64,000 bases of DNA, taken from positions 1,344,001-1,408,000 of the forward strand of contig OZ242311.1 of the NCBI GenBank assembly GCA_965207885.1, read 5' to 3'. This DNA is from Candidatus Latescibacterota bacterium. GTDB taxonomy: Bacteria; Latescibacterota; UBA2968. Every line of letters begins with the position of its first letter. Positions within the stretch are counted from its first letter, which is position 1. The notes beneath the pieces were generated by a model. The model saw nothing but the letters and a program-made list of their open reading frames with translations. It was not told where the DNA came from and searched no databases. A program made the translations under genes and the position numbers. Below, piece by piece: positions 29,957 through 39,512 of this stretch.

Positions 29957-30901
29957 ATGAACAAAGTAGGACTGGTTCAGCATCCCGATTTTCAAAAACA
30001 CGACACGGGAGGCGCGCATCCCGAGCGACCCGAGCGCTTACAAACACTACATGCCCATCTGGACGCAACGGGACTGACAAAAGACCTCATAACACTCGAA
30101 CCCCGACATGTCGATACATCCTGGTTGGAAAAAGCGCACACCCCCGAACATATTGCAAACGTAAAATCTCGATGTACACAAGGCATCACGTACATGGACG
30201 ATTTTGACACCAGAATCTGTCCACTATCTTTTGACATAGCCCGACTCGCTGTTGGCGCGACATTTGAAGCCATTGACGCGGTCATGGACGTGCGTGTACA
30301 CACGGCTTTTTGTGCCGTGCGTCCCCCCGGGCACCATGCCGAACGCAATCACGCAATGGGATTCTGTCTATTTAGCAACGCGGTCATAGCCGCGCGATAT
30401 ATACAAGAAACATATTCCCTTGAACGCGTGGCAATTGTAGATTGGGACGTGCATCACGGCAATGGCACACAGCACATATTAGAAACCGACCCCTCGGTAT
30501 TCTTCTTTAGCATCCACCAATACCCCCATTATCCCGGCACGGGACGGGCCGACGAAACCGGTATTGGCGCAGGAGAAGGATTCACACTAAATGCACCCGT
30601 GCCCGCAGGCAGCGATGACGCAATGTACTTGCGCATATTCGACGACGTATTCTTGCCCGCTATGCACGCATTTAAACCGCAATTTGTCATTATCTCCGCT
30701 GGATTTGACGCGCATCGGTCCGATCCCTTATCGGCCACTCAAGTGACGGAATCCGGTTTTGCCGAAATGACAAAGCGCGTAATGACTGTCGCACGAGATC
30801 ACGCAGCAGGAAGACTAATCTCTCTCCTTGAAGGTGGATATGATCTAGGCGGCCTCGCGCGCAGCGTCGAATCTCATATAAAGGAACTAATGAATGGGTA
30901 A
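29957..30901 (+). CDS. Histone deacetylase family protein
   Basis: HPERPERL, VRPPGHHA, GFC, DWDVHHGNGT, SAGFDAH..DP, LEGGY. Confidence 0.95.
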   Translation: MNKVGLVQHPDFQKHDTGGAHPERPERLQTLHAHLDATGLTKDLITLEPRHVDTSWLEKAHTPEHIANVKSRCTQGITYMDDFDTRICPLSFDIARLAVGATFEAIDAVMDVRVHTAFCAVRPPGHHAERNHAMGFCLFSNAVIAARYIQETYSLERVAIVDWDVHHGNGTQHILETDPSVFFFSIHQYPHYPGTGRADETGIGAGEGFTLNAPVPAGSDDAMYLRIFDDVFLPAMHAFKPQFVIISAGFDAHRSDPLSATQVTESGFAEMTKRVMTVARDHAAGRLISLLEGGYDLGGLARSVESHIKELMNG

Positions 30902-31781
30902 TACGAAAAAAATTGTAGCATTTCAAGGTGAACGCGGTGCATTCAGTGAAATGGCCGCGCGCTCGTACTTTGGCAAAGATGTCGAAGTCGTACCACAACG
31001 CAATTTTGCCGCCCTCTTCGCAGCTATCGAACACGAAGAATGTACGCACGGCATGGTACCCATTGAAAATTCATTAATGGGCAGCATCCACGAAAATTAC
31101 GACCACCTGTCAGCGCACCATTTACAGATCGTCGGCGAACTAAAATTGCGCATTGTACACAACTTGATTGTAAATCCAGGCGTGAAATTAAAAGACATCC
31201 GCTATATCTATTCGCAAGCACCTGCCCTGGCTCAGTGTACACAATTCACTGCATCTCTATCGCAGGCCGAAACAGTTATGACCTCCGATACCGCAGGAGC
31301 CGTAAAAGCTTTGAAAACATCGGGCGCACGCGATGCGGCTGCAATAGCGAGTGCCCAGGCAGCCTGGGATTACGATCTGGAAATTTTGCAGGCGGGCATT
31401 GAAGACGACCATCAAAACTACACGCGATTTTTAGTCGTCACATCCGAAGCGCTATCACCTGAAAATCCAGACATCCAGATGCCCGCAAAAACATCGATCG
31501 TATTCGCCATGAAAAATGTGCCCGGCGCATTATTTAAAAGTCTGAGCGTATTTGCATTGCGCGACCTCAACCTGCTCAAAATTGAATCTCGCCCCCTTGC
31601 GGGCAAACCCTGGGAATACGCCTTCTCACTCGACTTTGAGGGCCATATCCGTCAAGAACCCTGTGCCCGCGCCATTGAACACCTGCGCGAAATCGCCACC
31701 TTTGTAAAAATCCTCGGTTCTTATCGACAAGGGGACATGGTCGAAGGCAAAGTTTGGAAAGACGAAAAACGTAAAACGTGA
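30894..31781 (+). CDS. pheA: Prephenate dehydratase with ACT domain
   Basis: FQGERGAFSE, PIENS..GS, ALAQC, DTAGA, NYTRF, KTSIVF, LLKIESRP, LGSY. Confidence 0.93.
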   Translation: MGNTKKIVAFQGERGAFSEMAARSYFGKDVEVVPQRNFAALFAAIEHEECTHGMVPIENSLMGSIHENYDHLSAHHLQIVGELKLRIVHNLIVNPGVKLKDIRYIYSQAPALAQCTQFTASLSQAETVMTSDTAGAVKALKTSGARDAAAIASAQAAWDYDLEILQAGIEDDHQNYTRFLVVTSEALSPENPDIQMPAKTSIVFAMKNVPGALFKSLSVFALRDLNLLKIESRPLAGKPWEYAFSLDFEGHIRQEPCARAIEHLREIATFVKILGSYRQGDMVEGKVWKDEKRKT

Positions 31782-31812
31782 AAGCCCTCTCACCTTCTTT
31801 TAAGGATTCTAC

Positions 31813-33939
31813 ATGGCAAGCCAAAGATACGAAAATCTGTATGCACAAATAGAAACCGCACTGCGAGAAAAACCAAAACGCACACAGCTTTACAACGCAG
31901 TCAAACGGGCGCGAGATGCACGGCGCACGGCAATTGATATCTTGCCACAAGGAGAGGCATTTCGCAAAGAAGTCCGCGACATCAAAGTGCGGTGTCTGCA
32001 CAAGCTGGACGACCTGGTAAATCAATTTGCCGCGAAAGTCGAATCGCGCGGGGCAAAGGTCTTCCTCGCAAAAGACGGTGCTGCTGCGATTGACTACATC
32101 TTAAAGCTATCAGCAGAGAAAAACGCCGAGACCGTGGCAAAATCAAAATCGCTAACAAGCGAAGAAATCGAAGTCAATCACCCGATGGAAGACGCGGGCT
32201 TAGAAGTAATTGAGACCGACCTTGGCGAGCTTATTATTCAAAAAGTCCACGAAAAACCATTCCATCTGGTATTTCCCGCTGTCCATAAAACCGCAGTTGA
32301 AGTAGCCGAAATATTTAAAAAAGAAACAGGTGAGGACGTCCCCAACGATGTGGATGCAATCATGAGAATCGTGCGCAAATACCTGCGACCAATTTTTCTC
32401 AACGCCGACATCGGCATGACAGGCGCAAATGTAGGCGTAGCCGAATCGGGCACAATCCTGATCGAGACCAACGAAGGCAATGCCCGTCTGGTATCGAGCA
32501 TACCCGATGTACACATCTGCATTATGGGACGCGAAAAAGTAGTGGAAACAGTAGAAGATGCGCTGCAAATGATGCTGGCACATCCGGTCAGCGCTGTCGG
32601 TCAACACACGACAACCTATGTAACGTGGATGAGTGGGAGATCACCTCTGGGGCAGGGCGAGGGACGCGCACCGCGAGAATCGCATATCATCATCCTGGAC
32701 AATGGTCGCACCAGGATGCAAGAAGACCCCCTATTCTCGGACGCACTCAACTGCATCCGCTGCGGTGCCTGCATGAATATCTGCCCGACATACGGCGTAG
32801 TCGGCGGCCATGCATTTGGATACATATACCCCGGACCGATTGGCATACCCTGGACAGCTGAAGTCCACGGCGTGGATAAAGCCGGCGACTTCGCGCCACT
32901 GTGTATCTCGTGTGGATTGTGCAAAGAAATATGCCCCGCAGAAATCGACATCCCAATGATGATAGCCGGAGTAAAAGACCGCGACAGCGAAGCCAATCCG
33001 CATCCGCGCGTCAACAAAATGCTGATGGCCGCTGAAAAAGCCGCAAAAATGAGCAGCTTGACAGCACCCATATCCAATTGGATGATGGACATTGGACTAG
33101 TGCGATGGGCAATGGAAAAAGTGATGGGCATTGATCGGCGACGCCAGCTACCCAAATTCAGCCGAAAAACACTCGTAAAACGCTTCGCAAAACGCGGGCC
33201 TTCTCCCGTATCGAACCCCGTTCGCAAAGTGGCCTTTTTTACAGATCTGTTTGCCAATTACAACGACCCCGACCTGGGAATGGCGGCAATTGAACGCCTG
33301 GAAGCACTCGGTTGCGAAGTCATCATCCCCCCGCAAAAAAGCAGCGGATACCCCTATATCGGCTACGGCGACCTGAAAAACGCGAAAAAAATTGCACGCG
33401 AAAACGTGGATCTCCTCCTCCCCTATATACAGCAGGGCTATGAGGTCGTTGCAACAGAACCCACAGCAACGTATTGCCTGAAAATTTCATACCCCAAATT
33501 ACTCGAAAAAGCAGACGACGCCGTCTCTGTCGCCGAGCACACGTATGAGTTTTTCGAGTTCATCTCTCTACTCGAAAGCAATATTTCAGATGAAGAGCAA
33601 AATACTCTACGAGGACGCGCATTTGGATTCCACATCCCCTGCCACCAGCGTCCTCTGGGATCAGGGGAACACGCAATGGCATTCTTGCGCCAGCGCGGTG
33701 CAAACGTCGCCCTCATAGAAACGGGCACCTGCTGTGGTATGGCGGGAACATTTGGCCTGAAAGCCGGACCACTCGGTTACGAACTCGCACAGGCTGTTGG
33801 AGAACCGCTCTTCGAAGGCTTCCGCGAAGCCAATATAGAAGCCATCGTAACAGAAAGCAGCGTGTGCGCCATCCACCTGTCAGAAGGAACCGAACTCGAA
33901 GTCTGGCATCCCTTAAACCTGCTTCGCCTCCTGGAATAG
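31813..33939 (+). CDS. LutB/LldF-like LUD + 4Fe-4S protein fused to CCG (GlpC/LutA-like) domains
   Basis: KSKS...EEI, ETDLGE, TNEGN, CIRCGACMNICP, YPGPIG, CISCGLCKEICP; C-terminal PTATYC, HIPCHQR, CCGMAGTFG. Confidence 0.85.
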   Translation: MASQRYENLYAQIETALREKPKRTQLYNAVKRARDARRTAIDILPQGEAFRKEVRDIKVRCLHKLDDLVNQFAAKVESRGAKVFLAKDGAAAIDYILKLSAEKNAETVAKSKSLTSEEIEVNHPMEDAGLEVIETDLGELIIQKVHEKPFHLVFPAVHKTAVEVAEIFKKETGEDVPNDVDAIMRIVRKYLRPIFLNADIGMTGANVGVAESGTILIETNEGNARLVSSIPDVHICIMGREKVVETVEDALQMMLAHPVSAVGQHTTTYVTWMSGRSPLGQGEGRAPRESHIIILDNGRTRMQEDPLFSDALNCIRCGACMNICPTYGVVGGHAFGYIYPGPIGIPWTAEVHGVDKAGDFAPLCISCGLCKEICPAEIDIPMMIAGVKDRDSEANPHPRVNKMLMAAEKAAKMSSLTAPISNWMMDIGLVRWAMEKVMGIDRRRQLPKFSRKTLVKRFAKRGPSPVSNPVRKVAFFTDLFANYNDPDLGMAAIERLEALGCEVIIPPQKSSGYPYIGYGDLKNAKKIARENVDLLLPYIQQGYEVVATEPTATYCLKISYPKLLEKADDAVSVAEHTYEFFEFISLLESNISDEEQNTLRGRAFGFHIPCHQRPLGSGEHAMAFLRQRGANVALIETGTCCGMAGTFGLKAGPLGYELAQAVGEPLFEGFREANIEAIVTESSVCAIHLSEGTELEVWHPLNLLRLLE

Positions 33940-33998
33940 AGCACATCCTGTCCTCAAAATGAAGACAGTTTCAAAAATAACTTGCATTTTAACAGAAG

Positions 33999-34018
33999 TG
34001 TATTATATTAGTAATACA
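33999..34018 (+). promoter_or_regulatory. YtrA/GntR-type operator overlapping promoter
   Basis: TGTATTA-N6-TAATACA inverted repeat overlapping a TTGCAT(33982)-N16-TATATT(34004) promoter just upstream of the GntR gene. Confidence 0.7.
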
Positions 34019-34045
34019 GTAATTCACCTATTGAGAGAATACCTC

Positions 34046-34441
34046 ATGTTGATCTCGATTGACCACCATAATGGCATACCCGTTTTTCGCCAGATTATCG
34101 ACCAGGTAAAATTCCACGTAGTCAGCGGGCTACTCGCGCCGGGTGACGAATTGCCCTCGACCCGCGCATTATCGGGACAACTGGGACTCAACCCAATGAC
34201 AGTAAGCAAGGCATACAGCCTGTTAGAAGCAGAGGGATTGGTCGAGCGGCGACGTGGACGACCCTTAACTATAAAACCCTTAAAAGATCAGATCGTACAC
34301 GCCGAAAAACTGGCACAACTCAAACCACAACTCACGCAATTGGCAACAATGGTTCGGCAGTTGGGGGTTGATCGGACGGAAGTCGTAGATCTTTTCCACT
34401 CCATCTTAGATACTCTGGAGGAAGACAATCATGACACATGA
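34046..34441 (+). CDS. GntR family regulator, YtrA subfamily
   Basis: IP.FRQI..Q, L.PGDELPSTRALS..LGLNPMTVSKAY..LE.EG; short C-terminal helical domain; followed by an ABC ATPase; ATG 34046. Confidence 0.9.
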   Translation: MLISIDHHNGIPVFRQIIDQVKFHVVSGLLAPGDELPSTRALSGQLGLNPMTVSKAYSLLEAEGLVERRRGRPLTIKPLKDQIVHAEKLAQLKPQLTQLATMVRQLGVDRTEVVDLFHSILDTLEEDNHDT

Positions 34442-35321
34442 CCAGACATCTGTATTTGAAGCCACATCACTGACCAAAAAATTCGGTAACACCACAGCGC
34501 TCAACTCCGTAACGCTCTCTCTTGGGGCGCATCGCGTAATTGGATTGATCGGACGCAATGGCGGGGGCAAAACCACCTTAATTCAGCACATGATCGGCCT
34601 GTATTTGCCCACAGAGGGCACGTGTAAAACACTGGGACGTGCATGCGATCAATTGGGAGCAAACGAACTTTCGCGCATAGGCGTGGTACACCAGGAAAAC
34701 CGCTTTTTTGAATGGATGACCGTCGAACAGCATCTGCGCTACGTATCCTCATTTTACGAAACATGGGACCGCGACCTGGAAGCGCATCTGTTGCGCGAAC
34801 TCGAACTGGAAACCTCCGCGCGCGTGGGCAACCTATCTTCGGGTAACATGCAAAAACTGGGAATCATTCTGGCAGTGTGTCATCATCCCGAGCTATTGAT
34901 CTTAGATGAGCCAGTCAGTGGCCTGGACCCCATTGCCCGCGAGACACTGTTGAAATTTCTAATGACACTTCTGGCTGAAGATGAAAACACAATCGTGATC
35001 TCCTCCCATATTCTGCGGGACATCGAAAAAATAGTAGATTGGGTCGTATGCCTCGACGAAGGGACAATCAAAGCCGACAAATCACTGGACGACCTGCACC
35101 AGACTTATGCAAAGTGGACAGTCACAGGAAACAATCTACCCCAGCAATTTTCTGAACCTTATATCCTATCACAAACAGTGAACGGAGTACAGGCACAATT
35201 AATAGTCAATCAGACCCTGGGCAATGCAGATCAATTCAAGCGGACTTATCAGGCTAATATCACCAGTCAGTCCCTGAACCTCGACCAGCTATTTCCCATC
35301 CTGATTCGGGAGGGCGCATAA
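34431..35321 (+). CDS. ABC transporter ATP-binding protein (YtrB-like exporter)
   Basis: GRNGGGKTT, LSSGNMQK, LILDEPVSGLDP, ISSHIL. Confidence 0.92.
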   Translation: MTHDQTSVFEATSLTKKFGNTTALNSVTLSLGAHRVIGLIGRNGGGKTTLIQHMIGLYLPTEGTCKTLGRACDQLGANELSRIGVVHQENRFFEWMTVEQHLRYVSSFYETWDRDLEAHLLRELELETSARVGNLSSGNMQKLGIILAVCHHPELLILDEPVSGLDPIARETLLKFLMTLLAEDENTIVISSHILRDIEKIVDWVVCLDEGTIKADKSLDDLHQTYAKWTVTGNNLPQQFSEPYILSQTVNGVQAQLIVNQTLGNADQFKRTYQANITSQSLNLDQLFPILIREGA

Positions 35322-36787
35322 TGGGTATTCTTCCATTTTTCACATTTTGGCGAAGCCCTGTTTACATTATCATCGCCTCTTGTGTAGGCTGGTTTCTCTT
35401 CCAAAACGCGTTGGCTTCCCACGCACATCGGTTCTCTGTATTCTTTTTATTTTTCTTTATTGAACTTTACGGTGGAATTATCGGCGATATTGTAGGAGAG
35501 AACCAGCATCGGATGCTCACCTGGACCCTACCACATTTTCGCAAGCGTCTGATGATCTGGTCAATAATTGTCGGACTATTTTCCGTTGTAGCGTGGACGA
35601 TTGTGCTGACTTATGCACCCCTCAATGCGTCCTGGTCAACGATTTTGCTCCTGAATATGTGCCTCTATTGTTTGGGATTTACCCTTTTTGGGGGGTGGAG
35701 TTTAGATACTAATCGCCCCGGGTTGATTTACAAGTGTCGAGCCCCCCTCTCATTGCTGGTGTTGGCATTAGCCTATTTGTGGCAAGAGGTGCTCGCTTTT
35801 GGAGAGCAACAAAAGTTGGGATTGGCTCTCATCGCATTCGCCATCACAATTGGAACTCATTATTTCGCCTTTAACCAGACAGCTTTTCGCAGTAGGCCAT
35901 TTTCTTTTTTCGTTGGTTCATTCTACTCGGGTTTTGATCCTCAAACCCGGGAGATTCAAAAGAATGCAATGAAGATGCGAAAGACGAGTACCAGGGTATG
36001 GCATCTCGATCACATCGGTACAGGCATCTACAATTGGCTGCGTGCCGGTCAGTATGAAAATTCTGGTCTGGGCGGGTGGAGATGGCCACTTTCCGCGCTC
36101 AGCGCAGCATTGGTAATGGTATTCATTTTTTTTAGCATGGAGACGAATTTCTTAGGATTGTTGGGTCAATCTCCCTACGATTTTGAGACCGTCTCGAAAA
36201 TGATTTATCACCTGATCTTTTATTTTAACCAGTTAGATCCTAAGATCGCCATTAATATATCGTTTTCTGTGTGCTTCGGCATTTATATGTTTATTTTTTT
36301 CCCTGCCTTTTTCTTAAAAAGAGGGTATGTCTATCCGCTTTCTCGCACCCAGCGGATGCGGATTCAGTATTGCGGTTTGCTGGTGCAAAATATTTCTTTT
36401 ATTGCCGCATCTATTCTGGTGTTGGGCGTTCTGGGCATCCTATCTGGAGCAAAGGTTGGGTTTGTGTCTGAAGGAAATATTTCTCTGGGAATACTTCGCG
36501 TTTTTGGATGGGCAGTGGTTCTGATACCGATATTTCAGTGGTTGCAAGTCAAATATGACCTGTATGAATTTCAAAGAATGCGGGGATATCGGTGGAGGTT
36601 CGCTCTTGGGTTACTGCTCATGATTTTGGGTATTGGAATCGGTAGTTTTACCAGTCTGATGCGTATCTGGTATCCCGACCTAGCACTGACCTATGAAGCG
36701 CCGGTTCTTTTGGTCTGTTTTATTCTTTTGCAATGGTTCCTGTTGGCCCGGCTCAAACGGTATTATGCCACACAGGACCTAATTTAG
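35321..36787 (+). CDS. Putative ABC exporter permease (about 12 TM), copy 1
   Basis: TAATG-coupled to the ATPase; highly hydrophobic; ends RLKRYYATQDLI. Confidence 0.75.
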   Translation: MGILPFFTFWRSPVYIIIASCVGWFLFQNALASHAHRFSVFFLFFFIELYGGIIGDIVGENQHRMLTWTLPHFRKRLMIWSIIVGLFSVVAWTIVLTYAPLNASWSTILLLNMCLYCLGFTLFGGWSLDTNRPGLIYKCRAPLSLLVLALAYLWQEVLAFGEQQKLGLALIAFAITIGTHYFAFNQTAFRSRPFSFFVGSFYSGFDPQTREIQKNAMKMRKTSTRVWHLDHIGTGIYNWLRAGQYENSGLGGWRWPLSALSAALVMVFIFFSMETNFLGLLGQSPYDFETVSKMIYHLIFYFNQLDPKIAINISFSVCFGIYMFIFFPAFFLKRGYVYPLSRTQRMRIQYCGLLVQNISFIAASILVLGVLGILSGAKVGFVSEGNISLGILRVFGWAVVLIPIFQWLQVKYDLYEFQRMRGYRWRFALGLLLMILGIGIGSFTSLMRIWYPDLALTYEAPVLLVCFILLQWFLLARLKRYYATQDLI

Positions 36788-36815
36788 ATTTAACCTTATC
36801 AACAAGGAAGAAGAG

Positions 36816-37654
36816 ATGACGTATCCAAATCTAAAGCAGTCTATTTGGCTGCTGGTATTATTGGTCCTGATTAGCGCAGGTTTGGGGATACCGGTTGCGA
36901 TCCTGGGAACGATTATTGACCAGCCGTTACACAAAAGTCCTTATGCTATCTGGCCAGTGACACTGGTGAGTTTTGTTTTGGTCGTACACTATGTTTTGCG
37001 TCGAACCGATCGAACCTGGGCTTCGTGGTCTGATATCATGCCCATAAAAGCCATTTCGTGGCAATTGCTACTGCCACTTGTGGTATCTATCCTTGGATTG
37101 CTGATCGTCTCTCTGGAATTGGGAAAAGTGATGATGTCTTTGGCCCCAACGCCGAGGGGGTGAAGGATACACTCCGTGGGTTGGTCGGCAAAAAAACCTC
37201 TTATTGGTTGGCCTTTTACGGCGCGGTGATTCAAACACCTATCATAGAAGAGGCACTTTTTAGAGGCATTATTGTAGGTGGTTTATTGGCGTATTGGTCA
37301 AAGTATCAGGCCGCAATTTGGTCGGCAATTTTGTTTGGCATATATCACTTGAACCCCGCGCAATTTCCCGTAGCCTTCATATTGGGGCTTGTATTCGCAT
37401 GGTGGATTATTCAAACGAGATCTTTATTACCTTGTATCCTGGGACACGCATTGAACAATTTTCTGGCTATTACATTAGCACGGTCGGGAATACCGGGCTT
37501 TAAAAATCCAAAGGCTCTGATCTTTCTGCCGTGGTGGGTGGTCGTGTGTGCCGTACTATTGGCCGCGATTGGGTTATGGTGGTTTTATCAAATAGCAAAA
37601 CGCGAAGAAACAGAACATCTTGAAGCGGAAGTTGAACCCGAGAGACATTGTTGA
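36816..37654 (+). pseudogene. CPBP/CAAX (Abi) intramembrane metalloprotease, split by a 1-nt frameshift
   Basis: N-terminal TM part (36816..37163) stops at CCGAGGGGGTGA; the overlapping frame continues GVKDTL... with PIIEEALFRG, FGIYH and HALNN CPBP motifs; one extra base near the G5 run (37156-37160) restores a single ORF. Confidence 0.8.
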
Positions 37655-37764
37655 AATTTCTAATGACACTTTTGACCGAGGACGAAAACACAACCGTGAT
37701 TTCGTCACATCATGCACTAAACCTCGACCAGCTATTTCCCATCCTGATACGGGAGGGCGCATAA
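37639..37764 (+). pseudogene. Internally deleted remnant of the ABC ATPase gene 3' end
   Basis: Own translation RETLLKFLMTLLTEDENTTVISSH-HA-LNLDQLFPILIREGA* matches two separated segments of 34431..35321. Confidence 0.85.
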
Positions 37765-39248
37765 TGGGTGTTCTGTCGTTTTTCACATTTTTGCGAAGCC
37801 CTGTTCACATTATCATCGCATTTTTTGCATGCCTGTTACTCGCTCATGTCTCCTGGACTGCCGACAGAGATCAGTTCTTTGTGTTTCTCGTATTTCTGCT
37901 ATTCTTCTTTAGTGGATTTTGGGGCTATGCTATCGGAGGTATTGTAGCAGAGAACCAGCATCGGAAGCTCACATGGACCCTGCCGCATTTTCGCAATCGT
38001 CTGATGATCTGGTCGATAATTGTCGGACTGTTTTCCGTAGTGGCGTGGACGATTATGCTGACATTCGCCCCCCTCAATGCGTCCTGGTCAACAATCTTGC
38101 TAATAAACTTGGGCTTTTATTGTTTCGGATTTGTCTGTACAGCGGGTTGGGATTTTGGTGTTTATCATTCTCTGTTGATCCAGGCATGTCAGACCATATT
38201 AATTTTTTTATTTCTCATATTGGCTTTTTTTTGGCAAGAGGTACTCGCTTTTGGAGAGCAACAAAAATTGGGGTTGGCTCTCATCGCATTCGCCATCACA
38301 ATTGCGGCTTATTATTTTTCGTTTAAGCAGACAACTTTTCGGAGAAAGCCTCTTTCCTTGTTATGGTCACTGCACTCGGTTTTTTATCCTCATATCTGGG
38401 AGATGTGGAAAAGGGATGCAATGAAGAGGCGAAAGCCGAGTACCAGGGTATGGCATCTCGATTACATCGGTACAGGCATCTTCAATTGGCTACGTGCGAG
38501 CCGATATGAAAATAGTGGTGGCACGCTATGGCTATGGCTGCTTCCCGGGTTTAGCGCAGTATTGGCAATGGCGTTCTATTCCATTGGCATGATGACGAAT
38601 GGATTCGGGATATTGGATCGGTCTCCCTACGATTTTGAGACTGTATTGATAACGATTTATCACATGATTTTTTATTTCGACCGGTTGGCCCCCAAGATCG
38701 CCATCAATATATCTCTTTCAGCGTTTTTCGGCATTTGGATATATACGGTGTATGTTTGGAGTCATCCTTTTTTCTTAAAAAGAGGGTATGTTTATCCGCT
38801 TTCTCGCACCCAGCGGATGTGGATTCGGTATTGTGGTTTTCTGGTGCAAAATATTTCTTTTTTTATAGTATCTATTCTGGTGTTGGGCGTTCTGGGCATA
38901 CTGGCAGGGGCAAAGGTCGGGTTTATGCATGAAGGGGATATTTCCTTGAGAATACTTTGTGTCTTTGGGTGGACAGTGGTTCTTTGGCCGATGTTTCAGT
39001 GGTTGCAAGTCAAATATCACCTGTATGAATTTCCAAGAACGCGGCGACAAGTATGGGGGATGGCTTTTCTGTTCTTGATCATGATTTTGGCTTGTGGAAT
39101 CGCTGGTTTTGCTGCTCTGATGCGTAATCTGCATCCCGACCTGGCACTGACCTATGAAGCGCCGATCCTTTTCGTCTCTTTTCTTCTCTTGCAATGGCTC
39201 CTATTGTCTCGGCTCAAACGGTATTACGCCACACAGGATCTGATTTAG
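37764..39248 (+). CDS. Putative ABC exporter permease, copy 2 (paralog of 35321..36787)
   Basis: Long shared stretches (ENQHR.LTWTLPHFR, WQEVLAFGEQQKLGLALIAFAITI, FFLKRGYVYPLSRTQRM, RLKRYYATQDLI); ATG 37764 after the same GGGAGGGCGCATA leader. Confidence 0.8.
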   Translation: MGVLSFFTFLRSPVHIIIAFFACLLLAHVSWTADRDQFFVFLVFLLFFFSGFWGYAIGGIVAENQHRKLTWTLPHFRNRLMIWSIIVGLFSVVAWTIMLTFAPLNASWSTILLINLGFYCFGFVCTAGWDFGVYHSLLIQACQTILIFLFLILAFFWQEVLAFGEQQKLGLALIAFAITIAAYYFSFKQTTFRRKPLSLLWSLHSVFYPHIWEMWKRDAMKRRKPSTRVWHLDYIGTGIFNWLRASRYENSGGTLWLWLLPGFSAVLAMAFYSIGMMTNGFGILDRSPYDFETVLITIYHMIFYFDRLAPKIAINISLSAFFGIWIYTVYVWSHPFFLKRGYVYPLSRTQRMWIRYCGFLVQNISFFIVSILVLGVLGILAGAKVGFMHEGDISLRILCVFGWTVVLWPMFQWLQVKYHLYEFPRTRRQVWGMAFLFLIMILACGIAGFAALMRNLHPDLALTYEAPILFVSFLLLQWLLLSRLKRYYATQDLI

Positions 39249-39512
39249 ATTAAGTAGATTGATAAATCAAGTCGGATGGTGTAGTGATTGCGATGCGTTC
39301 AACTCAAATCTCGTAGAACAAAAAGCATAATTCTTGTATAATTATGCATATATGCATTTGTTTTCTCATAGGTTTTTTAATTTTTTATACACGGTGATAG
39401 CATTTAATAACTTGCAGCGTGCCGCCAGGGTTACGACAATAAGAGACACGAAGTATTGGCGTATCCATTATTTTGCACACGTATGTATTCCTATACCTGA
39501 AAAATAACGTGT

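Noticed and set aside
39344-39357. Palindrome ATGCATATATGCAT upstream of the kinase-bEBP as a fourth UAS
   Set aside because: Half-site spacing is 2 rather than 8 and the sequence is low-complexity AT-rich; could be chance.
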